Shown: piece after piece, positions 62,117-64,000 of the stretch
Position numbering within the stretch: position 1 is the first letter of the stretch
How the letters are laid out: every line of letters starts with the position of its first letter
Assembly: GCA_964349125.1 (NCBI GenBank)
Contig: CAYGFH010000001.1
Location: forward strand, 5,408 to 69,407
Direction of reading: 5' to 3'
DNA from: an uncultured Gammaproteobacteria bacterium
GTDB taxonomy: Bacteria; Patescibacteriota; Microgenomatia; UBA10105; UBA927
Length of the DNA stretch: 64,000 nucleotides
Made by a program: the position numbers and the translations under genes
Notes under the pieces: model-generated
What the model was told of the DNA's origin: nothing
Seen by the model: the letters and a program-made list of their open reading frames with translations, nothing else
Database searches by the model: none

Positions 62117-63277
62117 TTATATTTTTTTAAAAATGAAAAAATTTCTATGTACTACTGCGTTTGGACGGCTGTATTCAATCGGACCGTCCACGATAGTATA
62201 TCCGAGGCTTTCACACATGTCAACAACTTTTTTCACGAAATACACTCTATGGGATATCGTGTACGATGGCAACGCGATCACTATCATGCCTCCCGGGGAC
62301 AGTAAACTGTGCCAATCTTTGAGACAACCGATATAGAGTTTTTCCAGTCCTTTTATAATATTTTTTACTTTCACAGGGCTCGTATGCATATCGTTTACGA
62401 TCGATGTAGAGCCCATAAATGGCTCCGTTACTATGGCATGGACACTTCTGGGAGCTACCACACTTGAGGCATGCACGGCGTCACAGTGGAATATTTTTGC
62501 CACATCTCCCCTGCTGCCGGGATATTTTGCCTCAATCCATTCCAGATTCTTTTTGCATTTGGCAACCACCTCGGAAACGACATCTGATCCAAGCACTCGG
62601 GCGCCCATGACAAATGCTTCACTTATCACAGATCCCATTCCGCAAAACGGATCATACACTGTTTTCTGATGAGCATCTGCCGCGGCATCTGATTGTCCGA
62701 TAGCAATATTTACTATCATCCGAGAAACTTTTATAGGCAACATGCCGCTTTTTGCATCCGCATATGGCCGTCCCCAATCACGATTATTCCACGACTCATA
62801 TTCCTGCACAGCGATGGTGTGTGACAATTGGTAGACATCACCGTCCTGTATCACATCGATTTCATATACCTGTTTTTTATCCAAAACGACAGAAGTGAGC
62901 TGCTGGCCATCATGTGGAGTGACATATCTGACAGGTTGCCCATCGGTCTCAAGTATCGCTTTCATATCTGCCAACAGATTTTTCGGTAATACTACAGATC
63001 CGTACACGCTGACGCCAAATGTCCGATGATCTGATTCTTTGTCTATAACAGACGTAAGAGTAAGCGCATCGAGTGTAGTGGAGTTTCTATGGAACAGCGC
63101 AATTTTTATGGTCCCGCCCAGTTTCCCTATCCATTTTTTTGCATCAAGCGGCGTTGAGGTTTGGATCATGCCAATTTCAGGGTTGACCTGGGTAGCCTCA
63201 GGGAAAAAAGCACAAAGCTCAAGAAAGGCCAATTTGGGAGTTCTCCCGAAGATAAAAAAATATGTGTATGAAGCCAT
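62117..63277 (-). CDS. THUMP-type SAM-dependent RNA methyltransferase (RlmL/Trm14-like, DPFCG motif)
   Basis: 386 aa with motif IV-like DPFCGMGS and SAM fold; N-terminal region consistent with a THUMP/ferredoxin-like RNA-binding module. Confidence 0.55.
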   Translation of the reverse strand: MASYTYFFIFGRTPKLAFLELCAFFPEATQVNPEIGMIQTSTPLDAKKWIGKLGGTIKIALFHRNSTTLDALTLTSVIDKESDHRTFGVSVYGSVVLPKNLLADMKAILETDGQPVRYVTPHDGQQLTSVVLDKKQVYEIDVIQDGDVYQLSHTIAVQEYESWNNRDWGRPYADAKSGMLPIKVSRMIVNIAIGQSDAAADAHQKTVYDPFCGMGSVISEAFVMGARVLGSDVVSEVVAKCKKNLEWIEAKYPGSRGDVAKIFHCDAVHASSVVAPRSVHAIVTEPFMGSTSIVNDMHTSPVKVKNIIKGLEKLYIGCLKDWHSLLSPGGMIVIALPSYTISHRVYFVKKVVDMCESLGYTIVDGPIEYSRPNAVVHRNFFIFKKI

Positions 63278-63280
63278 GAA

Positions 63281-63589
63281 TTAGCCTACAGAAACGATTT
63301 CCAGCTTCGTCTGAAGGGCTCTGAATCCGACATGGCGTCGATGTCTGACTTTTTGCTTGTAGCGTACTACGTCAATCTTTTCACCCTTTTCCTGGGCGAT
63401 AATCTTTGCTTCAACAACGGCTCCCTTAACCATAGGGGTACCGACGACTGTCTTTGCGCCTTCACTTGTGAGAAGAACGTGATCAAATTTGACCACTGAA
63501 TCGACATCACCTGCGAGTTTATCGACAACGATGACATCGCCTTTTTTTACGTTATATTGTTTACCGGAAATTGTTACAATCGCAAACAT
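63281..63589 (-). CDS. rplU: 50S ribosomal protein L21
   Basis: MFAIVTISGKQYNVKKGDVIVVDKL... Confidence 0.9.
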   Translation of the reverse strand: MFAIVTISGKQYNVKKGDVIVVDKLAGDVDSVVKFDHVLLTSEGAKTVVGTPMVKGAVVEAKIIAQEKGEKIDVVRYKQKVRHRRHVGFRALQTKLEIVSVG

Positions 63590-63610
63590 AGGCTCATTGT
63601 ATCAATAAAA

Positions 63611-64000
63611 TCAGCCTATTGCAATGGTTTGATCGGCCCTATTTCGGTTTTGGAGTGCCCACAGTATTCCGAAAGAGATAGATAATGATAGGATTGAGCT
63701 TCCTCCGTAAGACACAAATGGCAACGTAATTCCCGTTATCGGTATGATCCCCATGTTCATGCCCGTATTAATAAAAATCTGAGCAAAAAGCATAAAGAAC
63801 AGTCCAAATGAATAGATAAATACCCTTGAGTCCGTTATCTTTCCCAGAATGAATGGCATAATAATCCGCAGTAGTAGCATGATATACAGGAGAAACATAA
63901 CGATTCCACCGATAAATCCGAGTTCTTCCACTAATGTGGCAAAAATAAAATCTGTATGGTGCTCAGGAAGAAATCGTAACTGGCTCTGGGTACCTCTCCC
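63611..64000 (-). CDS. SEDS-family peptidoglycan glycosyltransferase FtsW/RodA, C-terminal part (gene runs off the right edge)
   Basis: C-terminal signature GIIPITGITLPFVSYGGSS. Confidence 0.75.
   Translation of the reverse strand, partial: GRGTQSQLRFLPEHHTDFIFATLVEELGFIGGIVMFLLYIMLLLRIIMPFILGKITDSRVFIYSFGLFFMLFAQIFINTGMNMGIIPITGITLPFVSYGGSSILSLSISFGILWALQNRNRADQTIAIG

Overview
This 64-kb window looks like a small-genome Gram-positive-type or CPR/Patescibacteria-like bacterium. Overall GC is about 45-48 %, with AT-rich islands.

Positions 1-26015 are a single co-directional minus-strand supercluster: gatC-gatA-gatB, dnaE, a complete F-type ATP synthase operon (atpI-like, B, E, F, H, A, G, D, C), a CBS-domain gene, carA-carB, pyrB, an M20 amidohydrolase, pyrC, pyrD, pyrF, pyrE, upp and the start of pyrG.

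Downstream are a small plus-strand ORF, a SAM methyltransferase with murT-gatD (lipid II amidation), a minimal SET-domain protein, and an N-domain-less ClpB preceded by a CIRCE (HrcA) operator. Then follow two GNATs, a GT2, HtpX/LemA and PolX.

The most unusual part is a tRNA hotspot at about 37.1-38.7 kb. It holds tRNA-Asp; a LysM protein; a consensus promoter driving a composite transcript in which a Gly-like tRNA paralogue is split by a 350-bp insertion carrying an 84-aa GIY-YIG (URI-domain) nuclease gene and an intact tRNA-Gly(CCC), flanked by 30-bp direct repeats; a third relic copy of the tRNA 3' end; and two terminators. Next comes an AT-rich island with a small membrane protein, a DUF218-like protein, a 560-aa ORFan with a C-terminal TM hairpin, an HXXEE protein, an MFS transporter and an archaeal-type PEP carboxylase, ending at tRNA-Thr.

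The second half is a cell-envelope glycosylation island: O-antigen-ligase-like, GT2, GT4, GT39/PMT-like and YfhO-like proteins and a Wzx flippase. It is followed by a secreted beta-propeller + Pro/Thr-linker + LCAT-like lipase protein, tRNA-Val, lepB, parB, rpmA, a THUMP-type RNA methyltransferase, rplU and the 3' end of ftsW/rodA.

No CRISPR array, rRNA or recognisable transposase/integrase gene was seen.
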